Source: an uncultured Gemmatimonadales bacterium
GTDB lineage: Bacteria; Gemmatimonadota; Gemmatimonadetes; Longimicrobiales; Gaopeijiaceae
Direction: 5' to 3'
Assembly: GCA_963823035.1 (NCBI GenBank)
Contig: CAWGKG010000015.1
Span: 54,379 to 118,378 of the forward strand
Length of the DNA: 64,000 nucleotides
A model generated the notes under the pieces. That model searched no databases. It worked only from the letters and a program-made list of their open reading frames with translations, and was not told where the DNA came from. The position numbers were made by a program, and so were the translations under genes. How positions within the stretch are numbered: position 1 is the first letter of the stretch; each line of letters opens with the position of its first letter. This document shows positions 10,357-20,883 of the stretch, piece by piece.

Positions 10357-10517
10357 GGGGCCTTCCGGACAGGAGGGACGCGAGGTCGTATATCGAACAT
10401 ACGACGGGGTTCTGCCGCTCCTTCAGCCCGTGGGGCCGCCGGCGCCGGCCTTGACCCGCCCGGCGGGGACCCGCCCATTGGCTCGATCCACGACCACCGC
10501 CCCCGACCCGGCGCCCG

Positions 10518-11714
10518 ATGACCCCCGACAACCCCACGACGGTCTTCGTCGACCCGATGGCGGTCTTCGCCTTCCTGGCGCTCCTGGTGGCGGGGATCTT
10601 CTGGCTGTCGGGGCTGGAGCGGCTCAAGAAGGCCTTCGAGGTGATCCCGCCGGTCATCTACGTCTACTTCCTGCCGATGCTCGCCACGACGTTCGGCGTC
10701 ACGCCTTCGTCCTCGGCCGCGTACGACTGGACCACGCGCTACCTCCTCCCCTTCGCGCTCCTCCTCCTGATGATCTCGATCGATCTCAAGAGCGTGGCCC
10801 GGCTGGGCCCCACCGCGCTCTTCATGGTGGTCGCGGGGACGGTGGGCATCATCCTCGGGGGACCGATCGCGCTCCTCCTCTTCAAGGGCTTCCTCCCCGC
10901 GGACGCGTGGACCGGCTTCGCGGCGCTCTCCGGAAGCTGGATCGGGGGCACGGCGAACATGGTGGCCATCGCCGAGAGCGTGGGCACGCCCGAGTCGGCG
11001 TTCGGGCCGATCATCGTGGTCGACACGGTCGTGGGGTACGGGTGGATGGGCGTGCTCCTCCTCTTCTCGGGCTACCAGGCGCTCTTCGACCGCTGGATCG
11101 GCGCGAAGACGGACGCCATCGAGGAGACCAATCGCCGACTCTCCGAGATGCACCACGAGCGCGCGCCGACCACCCTGCGGGACGCCGCGGTCATGATCGG
11201 TCTGGGCATGGCCGGCGCCGTTGCCTCGGTGGCGGCGGGCGAGCGCCTTCCCACGCTGGGCGACCCGACGATCATCAGCCACACGACGTGGGCCGTGCTC
11301 GTGGTGGTCACGGGCGGGCTGCTGCTCTCCTTCACGCGCCTGCGCGACTACGAGAAGGTGGGGGCGTCGGGGCTGGGCTACACGGCGCTCTACCTCCTTC
11401 TGGCCGGGATCGGCGCACAGGGGGACCTGCGGGCGGTGCTGCAGTGGCCCTACTACTTCGCCGCCGGCGCGGTGTGGATCGCGATCCACGTGGCGGTGCT
11501 GCTCCTGGCGGCGCGCCTGATCCGCGCTCCCTTCTTCTTCGTCGCGACCGGGAGCATGGCGAACATCGGCGGGGCGGCGACGGCGCCGGTGGTGGCCGGC
11601 GTCTATCATCCCGCCATGGCGCCCGTCGGGCTCCTCATGGCGGTCGCGGGTTACATCCTGGGAATCTACGGAGGCCTGGCGTGCGCCTGGCTCCTGAGCA
11701 TCATCGGAGCATGA
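10518..11714 (+). CDS. DUF819 family multi-pass membrane protein (putative transporter)
   Basis: About 11 TM segments; GSWIGGTANM and SMANIGGAATAP repeat motifs. Confidence 0.85.
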   Translation: MTPDNPTTVFVDPMAVFAFLALLVAGIFWLSGLERLKKAFEVIPPVIYVYFLPMLATTFGVTPSSSAAYDWTTRYLLPFALLLLMISIDLKSVARLGPTALFMVVAGTVGIILGGPIALLLFKGFLPADAWTGFAALSGSWIGGTANMVAIAESVGTPESAFGPIIVVDTVVGYGWMGVLLLFSGYQALFDRWIGAKTDAIEETNRRLSEMHHERAPTTLRDAAVMIGLGMAGAVASVAAGERLPTLGDPTIISHTTWAVLVVVTGGLLLSFTRLRDYEKVGASGLGYTALYLLLAGIGAQGDLRAVLQWPYYFAAGAVWIAIHVAVLLLAARLIRAPFFFVATGSMANIGGAATAPVVAGVYHPAMAPVGLLMAVAGYILGIYGGLACAWLLSIIGA

Positions 11715-11715
11715 C

Positions 11716-13292
11716 ATGACCTCGAACGTCCGCAGGTACCTCGCGCTGGTCCCGGCCCTCGGGGCCCTCCTCCTCCCGGGCACGCCCCTGGCCGCCCAGA
11801 GCGGTCCGGAGGTGGCGCGCGCATGGCGGGACGCGCACGGACCCGGGATCATCCGGGACTTCGCCGAGTTCCTCTCCTATCCCAACAACGCCAGCGACAC
11901 CGTGAACATCCGTCGCACGGCCGGATTCATCCGCGACCGGCTGATCACGGCGGGCGTGGACGCGGAGCTGCTCGAGCTGGACGCCGGCACGCCGCCGATC
12001 GTCTACGGTCGGCTCGAGGTGCCGGGCGCGACGCGCACGCTCGGGCTGTACGTGCACTACGACGGTCAGCCGGCCGACCCGTCCAACTGGACGCACGCGC
12101 CGTGGGAGCCCACGCTCTACACCCGCGCGATCGAAGCGGGAGGCACCGTGCGAGCCCTCCCCACGGACGGCGAGGCGATCGACCCGGAGTGGCGCCTCTA
12201 CGCCCGCTCCGCCGGCGACGACAAGGCCCCGATCGCGGCGCTCCTGCCCGTGCTCGACGCCTTCCGGGAAGGAGGCGTCACGCCCACGTCGAACCTGGTG
12301 TTCTTCTTCGAGGGGGAGGAGGAGGCGGGCTCCGATCACCTCGGACAGTACCTCGATCGCTACCGCGATCGCATCGACGACATCGACGTCTGGCTCTTCT
12401 TCGACGGCCCCGCGCACCAGAGTGGGCGTCCGCAGCTCACCTTCGGCGTACGCGGCGTGACCGGGATGGAGGTGACCCTGTACGGGCCGGTACGGCCGCT
12501 CCACTCCGGCCACTACGGGAACTGGGCGCCCGTCCCGGGCCAGATGCTCGCCGCGCTCCTGGCGAGCATGAAGGACGCACAGGGGACACGTGCTCGTCGA
12601 CGGCTTCTACGACACCGTCGGAGCCGCTCGGCCCCGAGGAGCAGGCCGCCCTCGAGGCCCTGCCCAGCTACGACGACCAGTTGAAGCGCGAGCTCGGCCT
12701 GATGTGGACGGAGGGCGAGCCGGAGACGCTGGCGGAGCGACTCCTCCTCCCGTCGCTCACCGTGCGCGGGCTGTCGAGCGGCAACACCGGGAGGCTGGCG
12801 CGCAACGTCATCCCGGCGACCGCCACGGCCACGCTGGGCATCCGGCTGGTGAAGGGGAACGACCCCGACCACATGGTCGACCTGGTCGAGGACCACATCC
12901 GCGCGCAGGGCTACCACATCGTGCGCGAGGATCCCGACATGGCCACGCGCCTCACGTACCCGAAGATCGCCAAGGTGACGCGCGGCAACGGCTACCCGGC
13001 GGCACGCACCTCGATGGACGATCCCTTCGTGCTGGAGGTGATCGGGGCGGCGCACGCGGCGGCCGACGAGGCGTTCGGCGACGGCTCGCTGGTGCTCACG
13101 CCCGCGCTCGGGGGCTCGCTCCCGCTCTACCTCTTCTCCGACGGGCTGCACAAGCCGTTCGTGAACGTCCCGATCGCGAACCACGACGACAACCAGCACG
13201 CGCCGGACGAGAACCTGCGCATCGCGAACCTCTGGTACGCGATCGAGCTGTACGCGCAGCTCCTCACGATGCCGCGGAAGGTGATTCCGTAG
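11716..13292 (+). CDS. Secreted M20/M25/M40 metallopeptidase (frameshifts ~12588, ~12620)
   Basis: Signal peptide; [29 protein letters not shown] and NQHAPDENL motifs. Confidence 0.9.
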
Positions 13293-15842
13293 CCGGGGGC
13301 CCCCTTCCCGACCTTCCGGTTCGCGACGCGCTTCCCGCCCTGCGTGAGGCGCTCGCCGGCCCGGGCTCGGCCGTGCTGGTGGCGCCGCCCGGCGCCGGCA
13401 AGACCACGCTGGTCCCGCTCGCGCTCCTGGACGAGCCGTGGCTGCGCCGAGGGAAGATCCTCGTGCTCGAGCCTCGCCGCCTGGCCACGCGGGCCGCAGC
13501 CGAGCGGATGGCCGAGCTGCTCGGGGAGGCCGACGCGGGAGGCACGGTGGGCTACCGCATGCGCCTGGAGACCCGCGTCGGCCCGGCCACGCGGATCGAG
13601 GTGGTCACCGAGGGGGTCCTCACCCGGATGATCCAGACCGACCCCGCGCTCGAGGGCGTCGGGCATGGTCGTGTTCGACGAGCTGCACGAGCGCTCCCTC
13701 CAGGCCGACCTCGGCCTCGCGCTCGTGCTGCACGCGCGCGGGCTCCTGCGGCCCGAGCTGCGCGTGCTGGCGATGTCGGCCACGCTGGCCGCGGAGCCCG
13801 TGGCCGCGGCTCCTGGGCGACGCGCCCGTGATCCGCTCGGAGGGACGCGTCTACCCGGTGGAGACGCGCTGGATGGAGCGGCCGGTCGAGGGATGGATCG
13901 AGCCGCATGTCGTGCGCGCCGTGCTCGACGGCGCTCGACCACGACGAGGGGGACGTGCTCGTCTTCCTGCCGGGCGCCGCCGAGATCCACCGCACGCGCG
14001 AGCGTCTCGCGGAAGCGGGCCTCCCCGGCACGGTCGACGTGCACGCGCTCTTCGGGATGCTCCCGCGCGACGAGCAGCGCCGCGCGATCGCCCCGGCTCC
14101 GCCGGGGAGGAGGAAGGTCGTGCTCGCCTCGGCGATCGCGGAGACGTCCCTCACCCTCGAAGGCGTGCGCGTCGTGGTGGACGCGGGGCTGATGCGCGTG
14201 CCGCGCTTCGATCCGGGGAGCGGGATGACGCGGCTGGAGACCGTTCGCGTCACGCGCGACGCGGCGGACCAGCGGCAGAGGGCGCGCCGGGCGCACGGCG
14301 CCGGGCGTGTGCGTGCGGATGTGGACCCGCCACGAGGATCGGGGGCTCGTTCCGGAGCGCGCCCCCGAGATGCGCGAGGCGGACCTGGCACCGCTCGTGC
14401 TCGAGCTCGCCCGCTGGGGCGCCGCGCCGGACGAGCTCCGCTGGCTCGACCCACCGCCGGCCGCGGCCGTCGCCCAGGCGCGCGAGCTCCTGGTCGAGCT
14501 GGAGGCGCTCGACGCGTCGGGCGGGCTGACCGCCCACGGGCGGCGGATGACGGACGTGGGGCTGCACCCGCGCCTCGCCCACATGGTGCTCCGCGGCGCC
14601 CACCTCGGACACGGGGGGTTGGCGTGCGACCTGGCCGCCCTGCTCGAGGAGCGCGACGTGCTGCGCGCCGGAGAGCGGGCGGCGCCCTCCGACCTGCGGC
14701 TGCGCGTCGAGCTGCTCACCGGCGCTCGCGGCGAGGGCCGCGCCGACCGCGGGGCGCTCGCCCGGATCCGGAGGCAGGCGGGCTCGCTCCGCCGGCGGAT
14801 CGGCGCCGCGGCCGACGCGTCCACCGCCGACGCCTCGGGAGAGGGCGTCGCCCACGTCGGCCTGCTCACGGCGCTGGCGTATCCGGACCGCGTGGCGCAC
14901 CTGCGGCCGGGCGGCCGGACCCGATTCCTGCTCCGCAACGGGAAGGGGGTGGCGCTCGACCCGACCGACCCCCTGGCCGGCGAAGCCTGGATCGCGGTGG
15001 CGGAGCTCGACCCGCGAGGCCGGGAGGGCCGGGTCTTCCGGGCCGCTCCGCTCTCCGCCGAGGAGGTGGAGGAGGCGTTCGGGGGCCAGGTCGTCGAGGA
15101 GGACGAGGTCACCTGGGACGACGCGGCGGGACGCGTCGTGGCGCGCCGCGTGCGCCGGCTGGGGGCGCTCGTGCTGCGCGAGGGCGCGCTCCGGAGCCCC
15201 GGTGACGAAGGCGTCGCCCGCGCCCTGTGCGCGGGCGTGCGCTCCGCCGGCCTCCAGGCGCTCCCCTGGACGAAGGAGACCCACCAGCTTCGCGCACGCC
15301 TCGACTTCCTCCACCACCTCGATCCCTCGGCCTGGCCGGCGGCGTCCGAGGCCGGGCTCCTCGACACCCTCGAGGCCTGGCTGGCGCCCTTCCTCGGCGG
15401 GATGCGCTCGCTCGCGGACGTGTCGAAGGTGGACCTGGCGGAGGCGCTCCTGGCCAGCGTCGGATGGGAGCGGCGCGCGGACGTCGACCGATTGGCGCCG
15501 TCGCACCTGGAGGTGCCGTCCGGCTCACGGATCGCGCTCGACTACGACGACCCCGCGGCGCCCGCGCTCGCGGTCCGTCTGCAGGAGGTGTTCGGGATGA
15601 CCGAGACGCCCCGCGTCGGCGGGGGACGCGTTCCGCTCACGATGCGGCTCCTGTCGCCGGCGCACCGGCCCGTCCAGGTCACGAGGGACCTCGCGAGCTT
15701 CTGGCGCGGACGCCTACTTCGACGTGCGCAAGGACCTGCGGGCGCGCTATCCCAAGCACGCGTGGCCGGAGGATCCGCTCGAGGCCGAGCCCACCCGGCG
15801 CACGAAGCGCGCGGCGGCCGACGAGCCGACCTCAGCCCGTGA
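13290..15842 (+). CDS. hrpB: ATP-dependent helicase HrpB (several frameshifts; ends approximate)
   Basis: [58 protein letters not shown] and [11 protein letters not shown] motifs across successive frames. Confidence 0.92.
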
Positions 15843-17566
15843 GCTTGCGCACCAGGGCGCGGCCGACGAAGCGCGCCTGGTCCTTGAGCGGGAGGCGGTG
15901 GAGGTTGGCCTTCACCACGCCGCGCGTGAACCACGTCCGGCGCGCGTAGTCGATCGCCACGTCCACGAGGACGGGGCGGCCGTCACGGGCGATCCGGTCG
16001 GCCTCCACCAGCACCCCCTCCACCTCGTCGTCCCGCTCGAGCGAGAGCGACGCCACCCCCATCCCGGTCGCGAGCGCCGCCACGTCGTAGTCGTGCACCC
16101 GGCTCGCCACCTTGCGGTTCATCGCGGTGGCCTGGAACTGCGCGATCTGCGCGAGCTCACGGTCGTGCAGCACGAGCACGATGACGCCGATCCCGTCGCG
16201 GGCGGCGGTCATCAGCTCGAAGCCCGTCATGAGGAAGGCCCCGTCTCCCGCGAGCGCCACGACCGGCACGTCCGGTCGCGCCAGCTTCGCGCCGATGGCG
16301 GCCGGCACCGCGTACCCCATGCACGAGTAGTCCACCGGCGCCAGGAAGCGCCGCGGACCCTCCAGGCGCAGGCACTCCATCGCCAGGAAGGTGCCGTTGC
16401 CGCTGTCCGCCGCGTAGACGGTTTCCGGCCCCAGGATGCGCTGCGCGGTGCCGAGCAGGTGGGCCGGCGTGACGCGCGCCCCGCCCACGTCCTGGAGCCA
16501 CGCCTCCCGCACGGCGGCGTGCCCGGTCCGGATGCGCTCGCGCAGCGCCGGGTCCTCGCCGCGCGGCGTGTCGTCGAGACGGGCGCGCAGCGCCTCCAGG
16601 AAGGCGCCCGGCATCGGCCACCAGCGCCACCGCCGCCGGATGGTTGCGGCCGAGCACGTCCGCGTCGATGTCCACGTGCACGAGCGGTCCCGGCGGCTCG
16701 AGCCCGTAGCTGCCCGTGGCCACCTCGCCGAAACGGCAGCCGATCGCGAGGGTCAGGTCGCACGAAGCGGCGATCTCCCGCGCGAAGGGCGGCGCGGCCA
16801 TGCCGAACCCGGGCCAGAGGAAGAGGGGATGGTCCTCCCCGACGACGCCCTTCCCCTGGAACGTCGTGGAGATCGGAGCCTCCAGCAGCTCGGCCAGGGC
16901 GGCGACCTCGTCGCCGACGTCGACCGTTCCCGCGCCGACGTAGAGCAGGGGCCTGCGCGCGCGCTGCAGGAGCTCGACCGCGCGCTGCAGGAGGGCTCCG
17001 TCGGGCGCGGGTCGGGCGCGCCCCGCCCCCACGGTCCCCGGGGGCGGCAGCGTGACGTCGTGCGTGAAGAGGTAGAGGTCCGCCGGCACCTCGACGAACA
17101 CCGGTCCGGGTGCCCCGCCGCGCGCGAGCGCGCACGCCTCGCGGATCATGTCGTAGAGCTGCTGCCCGGAACGGGGGAGGAACGTCCCCTTCACGACCGC
17201 GCGCACGATCGCCGCCTGATCGACGTCGTGGAGCTGGAAGGCCTTGCCGGAGTCGCGTCGGATCCCGCACCCGAGCACGAGCATGGGTACGGTGTCCATG
17301 AACGCCTCGGCGATGCCCGACAGCGCGTGGGTCAGTCCGGCACCCGGCACCACGTTCACGCACGCCATCCGACCCGACGCCCGCCACACCCCGTCCGCCA
17401 TGAAGGAGGCGCTCTGCTCGTCGGTGACGAGGACGGTCGCGACCGCCTTCGACAGGGCCAGCGCGTCGTAGAGCTCGATGTTGTGCGTGCCCGGGATCCC
17501 GAAGGCGAACGGGATGTCCTCGTCCTCCAGCGCCCGCACGACGATCGCGCCACCGGTGAGACTCAT
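15832..17566 (-). CDS. Thiamine-diphosphate-binding enzyme, acetolactate-synthase-like (frameshift ~16615)
   Basis: FGIPGTHNIELY, DEQSASFMADG, PGPVFVEVP, MGYAVPAAIGAK and GDGAF ThDP motif. Confidence 0.9.
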
Positions 17567-19065
17567 GCCGTCGCCTCCATCTCTTCGAGGACGCCCTCCG
17601 CCACCCGGTCGGCCAGGGCCATGATCGTGAGGTACGGGTTGATCTCGATGGAGTCGGGGAAGAGGCTCGAGTCCGCGACGCGCAGCCAGGGCACCCCGTG
17701 CACGCGCCCGCGGCCGTCCGTGACGGAGTCGGACGCGTCGCGGCCCATCCCACACCCGCCCATGAGGTGCGCCGCCGAGATCGACATGCGGCCGGGGAGG
17801 AAGTGCGCGGAGGTGATGCGCTCGTCGATCCGGCCGGCCTCGGTGCGCTCGAGCAGCGGGGGGTCGGCGGGCGGCGCGTGCACCCGCTCCGCGCCCGCGG
17901 CGAAGAAGATCCGCGCCGCCGCGCGTGTGGCGGCCACCATGCGCTCCACCACCGCAGGCGTGAACCGGTAGCGCACCACCGGCGCCCCGTTCCCGTCCAC
18001 GACGATCCGATTCTCCGACGCGGCCTTGTCGCAGGCCAGCACCAGGATCATCTGCAAACGCGGAAACGCCCGCATCAGCGCCTCGTGGTCGGGACCGAAG
18101 CCGGTGAGGTTCTTCGCCGTCACGAAGGGGAAGTACATGCACGTCTCGAGCACGAAGCCCTCCTCCGCTCCCCGATCCACATAGAAGCTCTTCGGGTGGC
18201 CCACGTCGTTCGTGATGGGCCGCGGGTGCTCGCCCACGAGGATGAACGCCGGATGCGCCGTGAACCCCGCGCCGAGCCGCGGCAGACGCTCCCCCAGCCC
18301 GGAGCGCAGCAGGAGCGCGCTCGTGCCCACCGCACCGCCGGCCGCCACGACCACGGGGGCGCGCACGCGGTACTCCCCCGCCTCCCATTCGGAGGGTGCG
18401 CCGAGCGCGCCGGCCGGGCGCTCGCCCACCTCGACGACCACCGCGCGCTCCTCGAGCCGCAGCGCCCGGGCCCGGGTGACCACCTCGACTCCGGCCGCCT
18501 CCGCCCGCGGGAGCTGCACCTTGTGCGTCCCCTGCTTCGCGCCGTTCGGGCAGCCGAGGTTGCACAGGCTCGAGCCCCGGCAGCCCCGCACGTTCACGGG
18601 GAACTGATGGGGCGCGAAGCCCGCCGCGACCGCGCCCTCGACGAAGAGCCGGTTGTTCTCGTTGATCTCCTCGTCGGGAAGGAGGTGGACGTTGTTCTCC
18701 TCCACGTAGCGCCGCGTCCTGCCGAGGAGGTCCGCGTGGTCCAGCCCGGGCACGTTCCACGCACGCACGACGCGCTCGGGGGGCGGGAGGGAGGTGCCCG
18801 TGTACACGACCGTGGAGCCCCCGTACGCGCGTCCGAACGCGAGCGTCATCGTCCCGTCCGCGGTCAGGAAGCCGCCGGCGTCCTCGTAGAGGGCGGGCGC
18901 CATCTCGATCTCGTCGCCGCTCATGTCCGCGTCGTCCAGGCGCGGACCCTGCTCCAGGACGAGCACGCGCCGCCCCGCGCCGGCCAGCGGCGCGAGGCGT
19001 TGCGCGACGGTGCCGCCTCCGGCTCCCGAGCCGATGACCACGACGTCCGCCGTCACCTCACGCAT
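17563..19065 (-). CDS. GMC family FAD oxidoreductase
   Basis: VIGSGAGG FAD motif; CRGSSLCNLGCP; AHLMGGCGMG; INPYLTIMALA. Confidence 0.9.
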   Translation of the reverse strand: MREVTADVVVIGSGAGGGTVAQRLAPLAGAGRRVLVLEQGPRLDDADMSGDEIEMAPALYEDAGGFLTADGTMTLAFGRAYGGSTVVYTGTSLPPPERVVRAWNVPGLDHADLLGRTRRYVEENNVHLLPDEEINENNRLFVEGAVAAGFAPHQFPVNVRGCRGSSLCNLGCPNGAKQGTHKVQLPRAEAAGVEVVTRARALRLEERAVVVEVGERPAGALGAPSEWEAGEYRVRAPVVVAAGGAVGTSALLLRSGLGERLPRLGAGFTAHPAFILVGEHPRPITNDVGHPKSFYVDRGAEEGFVLETCMYFPFVTAKNLTGFGPDHEALMRAFPRLQMILVLACDKAASENRIVVDGNGAPVVRYRFTPAVVERMVAATRAAARIFFAAGAERVHAPPADPPLLERTEAGRIDERITSAHFLPGRMSISAAHLMGGCGMGRDASDSVTDGRGRVHGVPWLRVADSSLFPDSIEINPYLTIMALADRVAEGVLEEMEATA

Positions 19066-19558
19066 CGGCGCCCCCCTCGCCTTCTCGACGCACGAGCGTC
19101 CCGGCCTCGGGCCCTCCCGCGCCGGAGCGCGCCGGCCAGGGGCCCTGGGAGCCGCCACGCGCCTCCCAGCCGATGGCCGCGGCGCGGTAGCCGAGCTCGG
19201 CGCGCACCGCCCGCTGACCGTAGCAGCCCATGAACGCGAGGGTACGCACGCCCCAAACGCCCCGACGAAGCAGAAGGACCGGCGCACGCTCCAACGACGC
19301 CATGATCGCGCGCACGCGCTCGGCGGGGAGCGCGGGGAGCCCACGCCCCCAACGCAAACGGCCGAGCAGCGACAGGACGCGCAGGAAGAGCACGACCTGG
19401 CGGCGCACCGCGGGGGGGCGGAGGGCGAGCGCCTCTTCGACGATGCCCTCCACCCGGGCCCAGGCGGACGCGTCGAAAGCCTCCGCGGCCGGCACCGCCG
19501 CACGCGCGACGGCGCGGAAGAGGGGGCGCACCGGCGCCAGGGTGGAGGGTGGGGTCAT
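19058..19558 (-). CDS. Small accessory protein of the GMC enzyme (gluconate-2-dehydrogenase subunit-3-like)
   Basis: Helical ~166 aa protein with LRRGVWGVRTLAFMGCYG...ELGY; overlaps the GMC start. Confidence 0.6.
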   Translation of the reverse strand: MTPPSTLAPVRPLFRAVARAAVPAAEAFDASAWARVEGIVEEALALRPPAVRRQVVLFLRVLSLLGRLRWGRGLPALPAERVRAIMASLERAPVLLLRRGVWGVRTLAFMGCYGQRAVRAELGYRAAAIGWEARGGSQGPWPARSGAGGPEAGTLVRREGEGGADA

Positions 19559-19629
19559 GATCGCCAATAGCCGGGGCCGTGGGGTCGATGTCAACGGGGC
19601 TACGGAACGGGGCTCGCCGGCGCGGCCCG

Positions 19630-19827
19630 CTACCAGACGCCCAGGATCATCAGGACCACCCAGACCACGATCGACCCGAGGCTGATGGACGCCGCGGTCA
19701 TCGTCACGGGTTGCTCCGACATCCACTGCCGCACGAGCTTGGGGTCGTCGGAGAAGGCGCGGCGGATCCAGTCGATCACCAGCCACCCGACGAAGAAGCC
19801 GGGTACGATCAGCCAGAGGATGCGCAC
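19630..19827 (-). CDS. Small two-TM membrane protein
   Basis: 65 aa, two hydrophobic segments, starts 6 nt after the upstream stop. Confidence 0.65.
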   Translation of the reverse strand: MRILWLIVPGFFVGWLVIDWIRRAFSDDPKLVRQWMSEQPVTMTAASISLGSIVVWVVLMILGVW

Positions 19828-19833
19828 GCCGGC

Positions 19834-20883
19834 CTACCAGCGGGCCCGGGCGCCGCGGGCGTCGACGTGGACGAAGGGCCCGTGTGCGGCGTTGCGGCTG
19901 TAGATCCCGAGTCCGCCCGGGCGCCACTCCCCGCGCGCGGTCAGCCCCTCGATCCAGCGGGCGAGCAGCCGCGCGTCGGCCACGGTGGAGCGACCGTCCC
20001 CGTTCAGATCGTCCATGTCCCCGTTGCGGTCCGCGTCGACGTAGACGTCGGCCGCATCGCCCCACAGGTGCCTGGAGTAGACCGTGCGATTGCCGATGGC
20101 CTGGTTGTACGCGGGCGTGCGGTACCCCGACATGACCCGGAGCGCGCCCGACGGAAGGCCCCGCTCCTGCAGCGCCTCCGTGATCGACTCCAGCTTCATG
20201 AGCAGCTGCGGGGACAGGGCGATGTATCGCGGCTCTCCCGGCTGCTTGCACAGGAAGTCTCCGAGCACGAAGTGTGGCGACGCGAGCACGTCGCGATCCG
20301 CGATCGCCACCTCGAGGAAACCGTCGGGGGGAAGGTAGCTCGGGTCGCCCCGCAGCGGCTTGGCCTGGTACTTCCCGATCCGATAGCCGTTGAGCGTCCC
20401 ATTGCGCACCATCGTCGCGGGGTACAGCACCAGCGCCGTGAGGTCGATCGTGTCCCCGGCCATGACCAACTTCAACGCGTAGATGCCGGGGCGCGCCGGC
20501 GCGATCCACCGCCAACCGTTCTCGACGGCGACCGCGTCGCCGGCCTGGTACCGGAGCGCCAGCGCTTCCTCTCCACGCCCTTCGATCAGGATGCCCTGCT
20601 GGGGGGAGAGCGGGAACGACGCGAGCGCGAAGGCGAGGCGCTCGCCGCCGAGGCGCACGTCGAGCGGGGTCCGGCCGGGTGGTGGGCCGTCACCCTGCCG
20701 CCGCGGTCGAAGCGTCGGATCGGGCTCGGCGTACCGACGGGCCACAGCCGGTGACGCCCGCATCGTACCCGGGCCGACACCCACGGCCGCGGCATATACC
20801 GCAACGAGAAGGACACCCCGGAGGGAGGTCGAAACGAGCGGCATACGGAGGCTCGGGCCTCCCGCGAGGACGGAGCTGCTCAT
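19834..20883 (-). CDS. Peptidase M15 (YcbK/MepK-like) Zn cell-wall peptidase
   Basis: SGYRTPAYN, SRHLWGDAAD and FVHVDARG motifs; ATGA overlap with the L,D-transpeptidase; true start may be a few codons downstream. Confidence 0.85.
   Translation of the reverse strand: MSSSVLAGGPSLRMPLVSTSLRGVLLVAVYAAAVGVGPGTMRASPAVARRYAEPDPTLRPRRQGDGPPPGRTPLDVRLGGERLAFALASFPLSPQQGILIEGRGEEALALRYQAGDAVAVENGWRWIAPARPGIYALKLVMAGDTIDLTALVLYPATMVRNGTLNGYRIGKYQAKPLRGDPSYLPPDGFLEVAIADRDVLASPHFVLGDFLCKQPGEPRYIALSPQLLMKLESITEALQERGLPSGALRVMSGYRTPAYNQAIGNRTVYSRHLWGDAADVYVDADRNGDMDDLNGDGRSTVADARLLARWIEGLTARGEWRPGGLGIYSRNAAHGPFVHVDARGARARW

Noticed and set aside
13290..15842. hrpB as a pseudogene or programmed-frameshift gene
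   Set aside because: Helicase motifs are intact, no slippery heptamers noticed, and the same indel pattern affects unrelated genes
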